This document shows, piece by piece, positions 10,704 through 20,744 of a stretch of DNA of 64,000 bases (position 1 is its first letter; every line of letters starts with the position of its first letter). The stretch covers positions 1,952,001 to 2,016,000 of the forward strand of contig OZ240245.1 of NCBI GenBank assembly GCA_965198175.1. Direction: 5' to 3'. Origin of the DNA: Candidatus Poribacteria bacterium (GTDB lineage: Bacteria > Poribacteria > WGA-4E > PCPOR2b). The notes beneath the pieces are model-generated. The model did no database searches, had not been told where the DNA came from, and saw only the letters and a program-made list of their open reading frames with translations. Position numbers and translations under genes: made by a program.

Positions 10704-10922
10704 ATGAAGAACGAAACCCAAAAAGCCGTACTAGATAACTTCTTTTCTGAGAATGATGATGTGCGCGTGGGCAAAATGTTCGGCTATCCCGCATATTACA
10801 TAGGTCGTTCGATGTTTGCCTGCCTTTATGAAGGAAAGGTGGGGCTAAAGCTACCTGAAGCGTCGGCGAATGAAGCGAGAGGGATCAAACGAACGAATAG
10901 TGAGTGCGATAGTCTTCACTAA
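10704..10922 (+). pseudogene. Truncated TfoX N-terminal-like gene
   Basis: GKMFGYPAYYIG..MFACLY...VGLKLP, then similarity stops and an early stop follows. Confidence 0.55.
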
Positions 10923-11016
10923 TTTCGGGCGTTCCCAATCCTGTTTTTTCGCATCAAATTGTGCAATTTTCAGTTGCAGTACCTAAAATTTAGGGACTGA
11001 ACCGCAAAGTCGAAAC

Positions 11017-11047
11017 AAAAAAAGGTCTGCGGAACGAATGGCAGACC
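11017..11047 (-). terminator. Rho-independent terminator
   Basis: GGTCTGC/GCAGACC stem followed by a 7-T run on the minus strand, downstream of the cytochrome gene. Confidence 0.65.
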
Positions 11048-11080
11048 CTCTTCCTATGGACAGTATGTAAATCTTCAGAC

Positions 11081-11632
11081 TCAAGGGAGCTGAACGAAAA
11101 CACTGTCTTTACCCGGCACGGCTTCATCATTTACTTTGCTGTGGCATGCGTGGCATCCGACGCCTCTTTTTCCATTGATGTCGCCAGCAACGCCGATGAA
11201 CGCGGCATCCGCTGAATCGCGCTGATACTGAATGTACTTCCAGTCGTTGTGGTCAGCGTACATCGTATCGTCTACCTTCCACATGACCGCGACACGCCGA
11301 ACGAAGCTGTTAGCGTCATCCATGATCTCTTTGACAATCGTGGTTCCGCTTTGATAGGATTGCTCGCTCGTGTCTTCCAGGGTGTCGACGCCCGTTGGGT
11401 TGATATAGACGGTTCTAGTTCCCAGTCCGTGTGCGCTGCCACTTTCCTGCGGCACTTCAAATTCCGCGGGCGGCGCGGCAAGCTCAACAGCTCTCCAGGA
11501 CTCGTACCCGGCTATGTCTGACGGTAGTCCTTCTGCCAGCATTTCTTCCTCATCGTCCTCCGAATCGCCACAAGCAACGAAAACAACGCATCCAATCAAG
11601 ATCGCAATCAGTGCACTTTGTCGATTTAGCAT
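11081..11632 (-). CDS. Cytochrome P460/c'-beta family lipoprotein
   Basis: Lipobox FVAC; YESW, VYIN, GTTIVKE, VMWK, DWKY motifs; C-terminal CHACH heme motif then DSVF. Confidence 0.75.
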   Translation of the reverse strand: MLNRQSALIAILIGCVVFVACGDSEDDEEEMLAEGLPSDIAGYESWRAVELAAPPAEFEVPQESGSAHGLGTRTVYINPTGVDTLEDTSEQSYQSGTTIVKEIMDDANSFVRRVAVMWKVDDTMYADHNDWKYIQYQRDSADAAFIGVAGDINGKRGVGCHACHSKVNDEAVPGKDSVFVQLP

Positions 11633-11966
11633 CTCGAATCCTCCTTCCTGTTTTTTTTTGACGTAACGTCCTCGTTGTTGTCAATCTGCTCAAGTAGGTT
11701 GAACTCTTAACTGTCACAGTTGTCAACCTTTGTGGATTCTGTAGAGCAGAACCAAGCCATTTTTAATTTAGATTCGCAATCCGTAGATTGAGGCTTGGCT
11801 ATTTCTTGACAAACGGCGAATAGTATACATTATGAGTTTGTTGAAGTCAACCGCAAATCTATTCACTAATTTCAACCGTTTACCCAACCATGCGTCCCGG
11901 AGGAGCCCCTCGTGCGGACGTACCAGCCCCCAGAATCCCGCAGTTGCCGCATCTCTAACAAGCCCC

Positions 11967-11996
11967 TTGACGGAACCTCTACTGTGAGACTATAAT
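11967..11996 (+). promoter_or_regulatory. Sigma70-type promoter of the GIY-YIG gene
   Basis: TTGACG, 18 bp spacer, TATAAT. Confidence 0.5.
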
Positions 11997-12101
11997 TATC
12001 CGCAGGTTCTGAATTGGACGATCGCATCCGATTTCAGAAATGAGCGCAACAGGAATATGCAGAAGATATTAAGTCTAAAATCAACCTATGGAGTAACACC
12101 T

Positions 12102-12947
12102 ATGGCAGACCAATTCGGTATTCTCGATCTTCTGACCCTTCGTGGTTTCGATCCGCACTGCGAATCCAAACTCGTTCGACACCAAGACAATGACGGCACG
12201 CTTATCAACGAAGGCTGGCTTGACCGCTACCAAACTCTTCAAAGCAAGCCTGTCTTTCGCGACTGCGACTTCATCGTCGCGTTAATTGGAGATGGTGGTA
12301 CGCGTGCAAGGTTTCATGGCGTTTACCGCGTCCTTGAAGAACGTGCAGCAACTCCGGACGACATTCCGGCGGATTCCCCAATCGCGGAGTGGAATTATCA
12401 GGATCTCTATTACTACGAACTCGAACATCAATCACAATACGTTGACTTCAAAGGGCGCGTCGTAATCGAGTGGGGTGCGGGTGCATTAGCATGGCATCAA
12501 TACATGTCAAACAAACCTGTTATTGAGATATTTCCGCCCGGTAGAGCACTGCAGCCGTTCTCCGATTATCTGGATTTCACGCTGTCGTACCGAGAGCTGC
12601 AAGAACTTATGGCGAATCCGGCTGCTCACAGAGATTGGCAATCTAGCCTTTCGGCGGTGGCGGGCATCTACTTAATCCTCGCTGAAACAACCGGTGAGCA
12701 ATATGTTGGTTCAGCGTACGGTCTCTCTGGAATTTGGGGGCGTTGGCAGCAGTATGCCACGAATGGACATGGAGGTAACAAACTACTTGAGCACATCGTT
12801 AAAGACGATGTGGCGTATCCGAACGCTTTCCGGTATTCTGTTCTTCAGGTCCTGCCCAAAAGCACAAAAGACGCTGAGGTCATTCGCTGGGAATCACAAT
12901 ACAAAGTGAAACTTGGCAGCCGAGCAACAGGGCTCAACGCCAACTGA
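12102..12947 (+). CDS. GIY-YIG nuclease family protein
   Basis: GIYLI...QYVGSAYG..GIWGRW..Y...GHGGN; C-terminal E..YK..LGSR..GLN.N; ATG at 12102 after GGAG. Confidence 0.88.
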   Translation: MADQFGILDLLTLRGFDPHCESKLVRHQDNDGTLINEGWLDRYQTLQSKPVFRDCDFIVALIGDGGTRARFHGVYRVLEERAATPDDIPADSPIAEWNYQDLYYYELEHQSQYVDFKGRVVIEWGAGALAWHQYMSNKPVIEIFPPGRALQPFSDYLDFTLSYRELQELMANPAAHRDWQSSLSAVAGIYLILAETTGEQYVGSAYGLSGIWGRWQQYATNGHGGNKLLEHIVKDDVAYPNAFRYSVLQVLPKSTKDAEVIRWESQYKVKLGSRATGLNAN

Positions 12948-13057
12948 ACCACTCCATTACAAATCGCCTAACACAAGTACGTAGATTGAGTTGAACGGAT
13001 ATCCATGGAGCAACGCCACATAGACCGAGGGACTCAAGAGAACCCCAACGCCTCTTG

Positions 13058-13097
13058 ACGTGGAAGCCGCCTCATCACGTGGAAGCCGCCTCATCAC
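13058..13097. repeat. 19-bp perfect tandem duplication
   Basis: ACGTGGAAGCCGCCTCATC twice plus AC. Confidence 0.9.
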
Positions 13098-13181
13098 TCC
13101 CCCTGAAAAGCTTGCTATTACCCGCATCTCAATAAGAGCGTGTCATGTTTTCCTAGGAACAGCGATTTTTCGCAAATATCC

Positions 13182-13366
13182 ACATACCGCTCCGCTGGCG
13201 CGGGTGAATCGGGCATGTCTTGACTATAGACATTGCACCCCGCTTGAGTGCAAGACATTATTGCCTATGTGCGGGTAATGCGGTTAGAAGGATTTCGCTC
13301 CAGCGGAGCGACATGTCTATAGAAATGGCATTTACAATCCTCTTCCGCTCCAGCGGAGCGGTATGT
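13182..13366. repeat. REPIN/BIME-like composite palindromic element (four REP-like units)
   Basis: 13182-13203 is the reverse complement of 13345-13366 (21/22); inner pair 13224-13251 / 13296-13322; core hairpin GCTCCAGCGGAGC. Confidence 0.8.
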
Positions 13367-13414
13367 TTCTGACACAATTATAAACCCGATAAAACAAGAA
13401 GGGACAAAAAAGTC

Positions 13415-14626
13415 ATGTTCACAAAGTCAGCCGCAGACATCACATTTTCGGACATTGAGGAGTTCTGCCGAGAGTTCGGCGAAGGTGGTCGGGTGGAATA
13501 CAAACGAGAGATTGAGGTCAAAAAGCACATCCCTAAAATCGTTTCGTCTTTCTCGAACACATTCGGCGGGTTTTTTGTTATTGGTGCAGATACCGATGAA
13601 GAGAATAAAGTCATATTTCCCATTCCGGGTATACCTAAGAGAGCCGGAATTGAGGAGCAAATCCAGCAGAGCGCACTCACCGGCATTTATCCCGCAGTCG
13701 TCCCTGAGATAATAATTCGTGATGTTCCGAACACTGACAATGTCGTTGTCATCGTTCGGGTTGATGAGAGCGTACAAGCCCCCCATGCAATTCAAAATTC
13801 TACGAGAGTCTACATCCGTACCGGTAGCATAACCCAACCGTATGAGCTTGCAGAGGTTGACCGTATCGAATACATGTTGAAACGCCGTGAGGATTCGCAG
13901 CAAGTCACACGTCAAATTCGTGATCGGACTAAGGAAAGAATAGAATCTCTGTTTGAGACGAATGAACCGAACCTCACAGTAGTTGCCCGTCCTGTATTTC
14001 CCTATCGCCCAATTATTTCAACTCGAGATATTTTTGATTTTGAAAGTCATAATGAATTTTCGCTGAAGTCTTACTCATCAAGGATTGTGGGGGGGATTTA
14101 TGTTTTAACGGATAAAGGCCTAGACTCGAAAGGTTACTGGGAATTGAATGAATATGGGATTGTCTATCATTGGGCTAGCTTACCCAGGATGCCATCAAGG
14201 TCTGCTAACACTGAAAAGCGAGAACCTCTTGACTTTCAGCATTTTGTTTCTACGATTGGTGAGTTGATTAAAAAATCACGATCTTTTTACGAAAAGTGTG
14301 AGTACTCAGGAAATATTGAGATTACAGCCCATTTGCGACAGGTTTTTAACGAAAAACTTAGCGTTTCTGCATTCGAACACCCTAATACGGTGGGATTGTC
14401 TGCTGATGCGGAAGTTTTAGCCGCTACGCAATGTCTTCCGCGCGACCTTTCGGAAAGAGAAAAATTCCTAGCGGTTGTTGATGAGTTCGCAAGTCAACTG
14501 CTCTGGGCATTTAATATTGGCGACCCCATTGAGGATACTGCCGCAAAAAGAAGAGAATTGGTAGAACGTATTTTGGAGACTGCGGGGCTAATTGACAGAA
14601 TCATGATAACAAATGAGAACGGATGA
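13415..14626 (+). CDS. Schlafen/AlbA_2 domain protein
   Basis: E...VEYKRE...K.VSSFSNTFGG.FVIGA; PH......YIRTGS. Confidence 0.85.
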   Translation: MFTKSAADITFSDIEEFCREFGEGGRVEYKREIEVKKHIPKIVSSFSNTFGGFFVIGADTDEENKVIFPIPGIPKRAGIEEQIQQSALTGIYPAVVPEIIIRDVPNTDNVVVIVRVDESVQAPHAIQNSTRVYIRTGSITQPYELAEVDRIEYMLKRREDSQQVTRQIRDRTKERIESLFETNEPNLTVVARPVFPYRPIISTRDIFDFESHNEFSLKSYSSRIVGGIYVLTDKGLDSKGYWELNEYGIVYHWASLPRMPSRSANTEKREPLDFQHFVSTIGELIKKSRSFYEKCEYSGNIEITAHLRQVFNEKLSVSAFEHPNTVGLSADAEVLAATQCLPRDLSEREKFLAVVDEFASQLLWAFNIGDPIEDTAAKRRELVERILETAGLIDRIMITNENG

Positions 14627-14685
14627 AATGCATCTAGTAAATCCAGATTCAGACAGTTTGCGGTGATGATTTTGGGAGAGATGAT

Positions 14686-16011
14686 GTGATAGAGAAATTG
14701 CCCAACGGTTGGGCGACTAAGGAACTTAATGATGTTATTTTGGACATTATTGATTATCGTGGTAAAACGCCCAAAAAATTGGGCGGGCACTGGTCTAAAT
14801 CGGGCATTATTGCTCTCTCTGCGATGAATGTGAAACAAGGACAATTGGTAAAACTAGATAAGGCACAATATGTCAGTGTCGAATTATATCGAAAATGGAT
14901 GAAGTCAGAAGTTAGAGCGGGTGATATTTTGATGACCTCTGAAGCACCTCTCGGTGAAACTTACTTTGTAGCAGACGGGAGAAAAATCTGCTTGAGCCAG
15001 AGGCTATTTTGCATCCGAGCAAACCCTAACGTCATCCAGCCGCGCTTTCTTTTCTATTATTTCAACTCACCGTTCAGTCGGAAACAGGTTGAATTGAGAG
15101 CAACAGGAACAACTGTTTTGGGTATTCGCCAACCAGATCTTCGAGAAACACCGATAACTCTACCCCCACTCCCCACCCAACGCAAAATCGCCGCTGTCCT
15201 CAGTGCCTACGACGACCTCATCGAAAACAACACCTGCCGCATCAAAATTCTTGAAGACATGGCGGCTATTATCTACCGACAATGGTTCGTCGAATTCCGC
15301 TTTCCCGGACACGAAAACGTCCCAATGGTAGAGTCAGCGTTGGGCTTGATACCGCAAGGGTGGGCGGTAGGAATACTCGGAGATTTGGCGGAATCCGTTA
15401 GGCGAAATATCAAGCCAAGTGACATGAATCAGCAAACACCTTATTTCGGTTTAGAACACCTACCTCGGAAATCAATTGCCCTTTCAAATTGGAACTCTGT
15501 TGGTTCGATTAACAGTACAAAGTTGGGATTCAGAAGAGGTGAGATTCTTTTCGGTAAGATACGCCCGTATTTCCACAAAGTCGGTGTTGCTCCACTAGAC
15601 GGCATTTGTTCATCAGACACAATCGTGATACGTCCCAAAAGAAGCGAATATTTTGCGATAACCTTGTCCTACGTTTCCAGTGAGCACTTTATCGAATATG
15701 CAGCGATGACCTCACAAGGAACAAAGATGCCACGAGCAGATTGGAAAGTGCTGGAAAATTACCCACTTGTAATTCCACCAGACCAGATTGTCCAACGTTT
15801 CAGTGGTTTTGTTCGAGATGTAATCGACAAAATCCAGAATCTAATTTTTCGGAACAAGAACCTCCGCCAAACCCGAAATCTTCTCCTCCCCAAACTCGTT
15901 TCAGGGGAGATTGACGTATCCGAACTTGACATTAACACCGAAGGAATATTACCGCAAGCAAATGCGAACTCAAACCCTGTATCCGTTGACAGCACAACCG
16001 CGCACTCATAG
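14686..16011 (+). CDS. hsdS: Type I restriction-modification specificity subunit (orphan)
   Basis: Two TRDs; conserved spacers LPPLPTQRKIAAVLSAYDDLIENN and LRQTRNLLLPKLVSGE. Confidence 0.93.
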   Translation: MIEKLPNGWATKELNDVILDIIDYRGKTPKKLGGHWSKSGIIALSAMNVKQGQLVKLDKAQYVSVELYRKWMKSEVRAGDILMTSEAPLGETYFVADGRKICLSQRLFCIRANPNVIQPRFLFYYFNSPFSRKQVELRATGTTVLGIRQPDLRETPITLPPLPTQRKIAAVLSAYDDLIENNTCRIKILEDMAAIIYRQWFVEFRFPGHENVPMVESALGLIPQGWAVGILGDLAESVRRNIKPSDMNQQTPYFGLEHLPRKSIALSNWNSVGSINSTKLGFRRGEILFGKIRPYFHKVGVAPLDGICSSDTIVIRPKRSEYFAITLSYVSSEHFIEYAAMTSQGTKMPRADWKVLENYPLVIPPDQIVQRFSGFVRDVIDKIQNLIFRNKNLRQTRNLLLPKLVSGEIDVSELDINTEGILPQANANSNPVSVDSTTAHS

Positions 16012-16051
16012 GTGGGACGATTGATATTACCGTTATGTCCCGTTGCTTGGA

Positions 16052-16171
16052 AAAACTATGAAACTTTCATAGTAACATTTTTCCTAAAAGTCGGCTGAAC
16101 CCGCGCCCCATATAGGTTTACTGGTATTTTTCGTCCACTCCTTTTTGCAGTTTACTATGAAAACTATGAAA
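16052..16171. repeat. Clustered ACTATGAAA direct and inverted repeats
   Basis: ACTATGAAA at 16055, 16154 and 16163; inverse TTTCATAGT at 16065. Confidence 0.6.
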
Positions 16172-16284
16172 TTCTGTCACCAAAATCGCAGAGCGCTTCA
16201 CCGTTACGCTAAGTTCCCGATTTTGCCAAAAACTCGGCATGAATCAGGGACGGAAACATGTTGGGCGTCAATCTGAAGAGATGC

Positions 16285-17004
16285 CTAATTTAACTTCGCT
16301 TTTAACCTTCGCAGTGCGATAAAGGCGGCTTCATAATCTGGCATTTCGTACAAGGCGCGTTTGTAGCTTGCTACGGCTTTATCCCATTCCAACCGATGTT
16401 CCCAGACGCGCCCAAGGTTCATGTGAGGATATCCCCGCGGTTCATATCGGGGCGCGCGGGTCGCCTGCTCTAGCCAAGGAATAGCGGCATCGTATTCGCC
16501 CATTTCAATCAAATATGCGCCGATGTCGTTGTATGGGTTGCCGAAATCCGGATCAGCCCGAATGGCTTTTCGACACTCCTCAATAGCATCTTCGACGCGC
16601 CCCATCATGCTATAGGTCCATCCGAGATAGGTGTGTGCCTCAGCAGTCGGGTAAATTTCAATGGATTTTAGATACAACCCGATGGCATCGGAAAATTCGC
16701 TCTTCTGTTGATGCTCCAAAGCGTCCTGCCAGTAGAACAACGCCTGTTCTTTTTTATAAACAATTTCATCGTCGTATATGTTGAGTCTATCGCCATCTCT
16801 CTTAACAGTGTAGACTCGGTCGTTATCTTTGTCGACGATCAGCCATTCACTATCTTCCTTTTCAAGCGAAACCTTGACATTCCTAGAGAGAACGATCTTA
16901 TTCCTTTTGAATGCTTGGCGTAGCTCGTCCGGGAGCGTCCCACGGTTCAAATCGGTTTGGCACCTCAATTCGACATCAAACAGCAACATCTCATCCGCGT
17001 CCAC
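16285..17004 (-). CDS. TPR protein with an unassigned ~80-aa N-terminal domain
   Basis: AEAHTYLGW, PDFGNPYNDIGAYL and NLGRV TPR units; GTG start with AAAGGAG RBS. Confidence 0.85.
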   Translation of the reverse strand: MDADEMLLFDVELRCQTDLNRGTLPDELRQAFKRNKIVLSRNVKVSLEKEDSEWLIVDKDNDRVYTVKRDGDRLNIYDDEIVYKKEQALFYWQDALEHQQKSEFSDAIGLYLKSIEIYPTAEAHTYLGWTYSMMGRVEDAIEECRKAIRADPDFGNPYNDIGAYLIEMGEYDAAIPWLEQATRAPRYEPRGYPHMNLGRVWEHRLEWDKAVASYKRALYEMPDYEAAFIALRRLKAKLN

Positions 17005-17087
17005 AATTCGTACTCCTTTCTAAGCAGTGTGATGCCATAAAACCAAACAATGCACTTTCGCAGGCGAAGGTCCCATGTTGCCCTAAG

Positions 17088-17151
17088 AGGGCAGCCACAA
17101 GGGTTGCCCCTACCGGCCGCTGCAAACCTTCTCCCTCTTGCCAAGAGGGAG
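17088..17151. repeat. GTAG-type REP-like palindrome plus a second hairpin
   Basis: Minus strand GTAGGGGCAACCCTTGTGGCTGCCCT (17113-17088); CTCCCTCTTG-C-CAAGAGGGAG (17131-17151). Confidence 0.65.
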
Positions 17152-17221
17152 CGAGAGGGAGGTCTCTTCATGTACCCATTCGCATGCACATCGCTCCACC
17201 CCTGTCTTCAGTTCCCTAACC

Positions 17222-19297
17222 TCAGTCCAACTGATTTTCCAATTCCACGAGATCTGTCGTAGGCGCTTTACAGGCGTAATTCTCACATACATAGACGGTC
17301 GTTTCGCCGTTGATTTGCCGCTTGCTTTCAAGGAGTGGAACGAAAGCCTCAGTCTCCTGAGCCGCCTCAGCGGTTTCATCCAACAACGCCATGACCTTTT
17401 GAGGGATAAAACGGCTGTGAATGGTATGCAACGCTGTTTTCGTCTCCTCGTTGTTCGGTTGCCCGGCAATTGCAATCTCTTTGGGGGTCGATAGTAGAAA
17501 ATCGAGTTCGCACAGCAGTTGAGCCGAACCGCTTGGTGCCGATTCCATCTGGTGCGAATAGAGTCCCAACGCCGCTTGCGCCTTTTCACTCAAATCGGGT
17601 TGATTGAGTAACTTCGCAAGCCGAAGTAGACTGTGGACAGCGATTGAGGTGCCGGAAGGCGTAGCGCCATCGTATGCCGATTTCGATCGGACGATCAGCG
17701 ATTCGTGACCTTTGCTGGTGAAGAAGAAACCACCCTTCGCATCATCCCAGAACTGTTCAATCATCATCTCGTTGAGGCGTTGGGCGTCCTTGAGCCAGTG
17801 AAGATTGAAAGTTGCTTCGTAGAGATTGATTAAGCCGGCGATGAAATACGAGTAATCTTCAAGATAAGCGTTCAGATGGCTTTTACCGGCGCGATGGGTT
17901 CGCAGCAGCCCGTCATCATGTGAAAGTGCGGTCAACACAAAATTGGCTGACGCTTCCGCAGCTTCCAGATAGCGGCTGTGTCCAAGAATCTGGTATCCTG
18001 ATGCCATACTCCGAACCATCAAGCCGTTCCAGCTTGTGAGGATTTTGTCGTCCAAACCGGGCTTCACACGCTGTTCGCGGACTTCAAACAGTTTCCGCTT
18101 CCCTTCAGCGAGAATCGTCTCCAACGCACTCAAATCAATTCCCAGTTTCCTTGCGAAGACGTCCGGCGGGGTCTGGACGTGAAGGATGTTCTTTCCTTCA
18201 AAATTGCCCGATTCCGTAATATCATAATACTCACAGAAAATCCTCGCGTGCTCCGCCCCAAGTAAATCTTTAATTTCATCAATCGTCCAAACGAAGAATT
18301 TGCCTTCGACGCCTTCGCTGTCCGCATCTTGTGACGAGTAAAACCCACCCGTCTCTGGGTTGTACATCTCGCGCAAAACGTAGTCGAGCGTCTCTTCAGC
18401 GATACTGCGATAAAACGCCTCCCCGGTTGCCTGATATGTTTCCAGATAGGTTGTCGCTAGCAACGCATTGTCGTAGAGCATCTTCTCGAAGTGCGGGACG
18501 AGCCAAGTCGCGTCGGTCGAATAGCGATGGAACCCCCCGCCGATCTGATCGTACATTCCACCCCGCGCCATTTTTTGCAGCGTTAATTCGACCATCTCAA
18601 GCGCGTTCGGATTTCTAGTGCGATGCCAGTGACGCAGGAGGAGGGAGAGCCCCATGCTCGGCGGGAACTTAGGCGCACTCCCAAATCCGCCGGATTGAGA
18701 GTCAAATCGTGAGCGGTAATCCTGATAAGCGTGATTGAACACATCGGCGTCTAAGTGCTGATCACCGGCTTCCGTCTCCGATAGTTGATTCAAGCCGGCT
18801 GTGATCCGATTGGCTTGTTCTACCACACTTTCATGGCGTTCACGATAAGCCTCAACGACTCCAAGCAGCACACGCGCAAAACCCGGACGACCGTAACGAT
18901 CATCTGGAGGGAAGTAGGTGCCGCCGTAAAACGGTTTCAGGTCTGGCGCAAGAAACATGGTCATCGGCCAGCCTCCAGAGCCCGTGAGCATCTGAACAGC
19001 GTTCATGTAGATTTCATCGAGATCTGGACGCTCCTCGCGGTCTACCTTGATGTTAATGAAATGTTCGTTCATGACCGCAGCGATTTGCTCGTTCTCAAAG
19101 GATTCGTGCTCCATCACGTGGCACCAATGACATGCAGCATAACCAATGCTCAAAAGAATCGGCTTATCTTCGCGCCTAGCACGTTCCAATGCCTCCTCGC
19201 CCCACGGATACCAATTGACTGGATTGTGAGCGTGCTGCAGGAGGTACAGACTCGTCTCGTTAATAAGTCGGTTTGTATGTTTTGGGTTTTCAGACAT
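17222..19297 (-). CDS. YyaL/SSP411-like thioredoxin-domain protein
   Basis: [46 protein letters not shown]. Confidence 0.93.
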   Translation of the reverse strand: MSENPKHTNRLINETSLYLLQHAHNPVNWYPWGEEALERARREDKPILLSIGYAACHWCHVMEHESFENEQIAAVMNEHFINIKVDREERPDLDEIYMNAVQMLTGSGGWPMTMFLAPDLKPFYGGTYFPPDDRYGRPGFARVLLGVVEAYRERHESVVEQANRITAGLNQLSETEAGDQHLDADVFNHAYQDYRSRFDSQSGGFGSAPKFPPSMGLSLLLRHWHRTRNPNALEMVELTLQKMARGGMYDQIGGGFHRYSTDATWLVPHFEKMLYDNALLATTYLETYQATGEAFYRSIAEETLDYVLREMYNPETGGFYSSQDADSEGVEGKFFVWTIDEIKDLLGAEHARIFCEYYDITESGNFEGKNILHVQTPPDVFARKLGIDLSALETILAEGKRKLFEVREQRVKPGLDDKILTSWNGLMVRSMASGYQILGHSRYLEAAEASANFVLTALSHDDGLLRTHRAGKSHLNAYLEDYSYFIAGLINLYEATFNLHWLKDAQRLNEMMIEQFWDDAKGGFFFTSKGHESLIVRSKSAYDGATPSGTSIAVHSLLRLAKLLNQPDLSEKAQAALGLYSHQMESAPSGSAQLLCELDFLLSTPKEIAIAGQPNNEETKTALHTIHSRFIPQKVMALLDETAEAAQETEAFVPLLESKRQINGETTVYVCENYACKAPTTDLVELENQLD

Positions 19298-20303
19298 TCA
19301 TATCCCTTTCTGAGGGTGTGGAGATGGCATCCCCACCGCTACCGGTTTTTAGGACGACATAGCTCCGATATCGAACTGGGCTGATGTCGCCCGTATTTAC
19401 AGCCTCGGTTACCGTGCAACCGGGCTCATGAAGATGGATGCAATCGTTGTATTTGCATTCGCCAAGGTAGGGATCCATTTCCGGAAAATAGCGGTCGAGA
19501 TTTACAGTATCAACCCCCCACAAGCCGACCTCTCGAATGCCCGGCGTGTCTGCCACTTCGCCGCCAATCTCCAAGGAAAAGAGTTCAACCAACGTCGTGG
19601 TGTGGCGTCCTTTGCCCGTTTTCAACCCGATTTCACCAACGCGCAGACCGAGTTCCGGTTGCACCGCGTTGAGAAGACTCGACTTCCCCACCCCCGACGC
19701 CCCGACAATGACACTGAACTTCCCTGTGAGTACACCTTGAAGATAATCAATACCCTTTACAGCCTTGACGCTAGTGTAGATTACCTGATAGCCGAGCTGG
19801 TCGTAGACATTCAGCATAGAGGTCACCTTTCGTTGTTCCACTGAATCAATGAGATCCATTTTGTTCAGACAGACCACTGCGTCCATCTCCCCTGCTCCGG
19901 CTAAGATAAGGAATCGATCAAGAAATCGGAAGTTAAGATCGGGTAACCGGGTTGAAACAACAGCCACCACCTGATCGGCGTTGGCGACAACGATCTGCTC
20001 AATTGTCTCACGCTTGCCGGGGTATCGGCGCGAGAGTTTTGTCCGACGTGGCAGAATCTCTTCGATGACGCCCCCTTCATCATCGAGCCGAGTAATCAAC
20101 ACTTCATCGCCGACCGCGACAGGGTCAGCGTAGATTTGCTTGCCTTCGTCCGATCGACGTTCGCGCTTCACACGCCCACGCAGGGTACAACGAAGTACGC
20201 TATCGCCAAGCTGCACATCGTAAAAACTTGTTCGGGCGCGAATAACTCTTCCTTGATTTCGGTCCATATAAAACCTTGTTGACTTAACGCTTATGTCTCC
20301 CAA
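19290..20303 (-). CDS. rsgA: Ribosome small subunit-dependent GTPase A
   Basis: Circularly permuted GTPase ([21 protein letters not shown]) and C-terminal [12 protein letters not shown]. Confidence 0.95.
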   Translation of the reverse strand: MGDISVKSTRFYMDRNQGRVIRARTSFYDVQLGDSVLRCTLRGRVKRERRSDEGKQIYADPVAVGDEVLITRLDDEGGVIEEILPRRTKLSRRYPGKRETIEQIVVANADQVVAVVSTRLPDLNFRFLDRFLILAGAGEMDAVVCLNKMDLIDSVEQRKVTSMLNVYDQLGYQVIYTSVKAVKGIDYLQGVLTGKFSVIVGASGVGKSSLLNAVQPELGLRVGEIGLKTGKGRHTTTLVELFSLEIGGEVADTPGIREVGLWGVDTVNLDRYFPEMDPYLGECKYNDCIHLHEPGCTVTEAVNTGDISPVRYRSYVVLKTGSGGDAISTPSERDMNV

Positions 20304-20702
20304 TTAACACAGGAGTTGGAGTGAACGCTTGGAGGGCTTCCAGGTGATTGCCCAATGTAAGACAGTGTCGATAAACGAAATCAGGAGAGCGGCAATGATT
20401 GTGTTAAAAAAGCCTTTAACCTCGAACCCTTCAATCAGCATCGCTGTAATCCAAAGGAGAAAAGCGTTAATAACAAAATAGAATAGCCCCAGCGTCAGAA
20501 TAACCAACGGCAGAGCGAGGATAACAAAAATCCTGGTGAACATCGTTTTCAGTATACCGTAAACTAGCGCAACAACGATTGCAGTTGCGAAGTTCTTGAC
20601 ATGGATTGACGTTAAGATATGCGTTGCAACAAAGACTGATGCGCTGAGGATTAGGAGTTCGATTAGCCAGTGAACTGTGCGGCTCCGGTCAGTCAATCTC
20701 AA
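20304..20702 (-). CDS. Four-TM YvlD/phage-holin-family membrane protein
   Basis: LPLVILTLGLF.FVINA..L...IEGFEV.GF motif. Confidence 0.85.
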   Translation of the reverse strand: MRLTDRSRTVHWLIELLILSASVFVATHILTSIHVKNFATAIVVALVYGILKTMFTRIFVILALPLVILTLGLFYFVINAFLLWITAMLIEGFEVKGFFNTIIAALLISFIDTVLHWAITWKPSKRSLQLLC

Positions 20703-20744
20703 TTTTTCCTTTTACGGACAAAATGGTGTCGTTCTAGGTATTCC

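Noticed and set aside
13058..13366. CRISPR array
   Set aside because: Repeats are tandem without spacers or inverted; no regular repeat-spacer period and no cas genes.
20304..20702. Holin gene as evidence of a prophage
   Set aside because: This YvlD-type family is a common chromosomal membrane protein; neighbours are rsgA and uppS with no phage genes.
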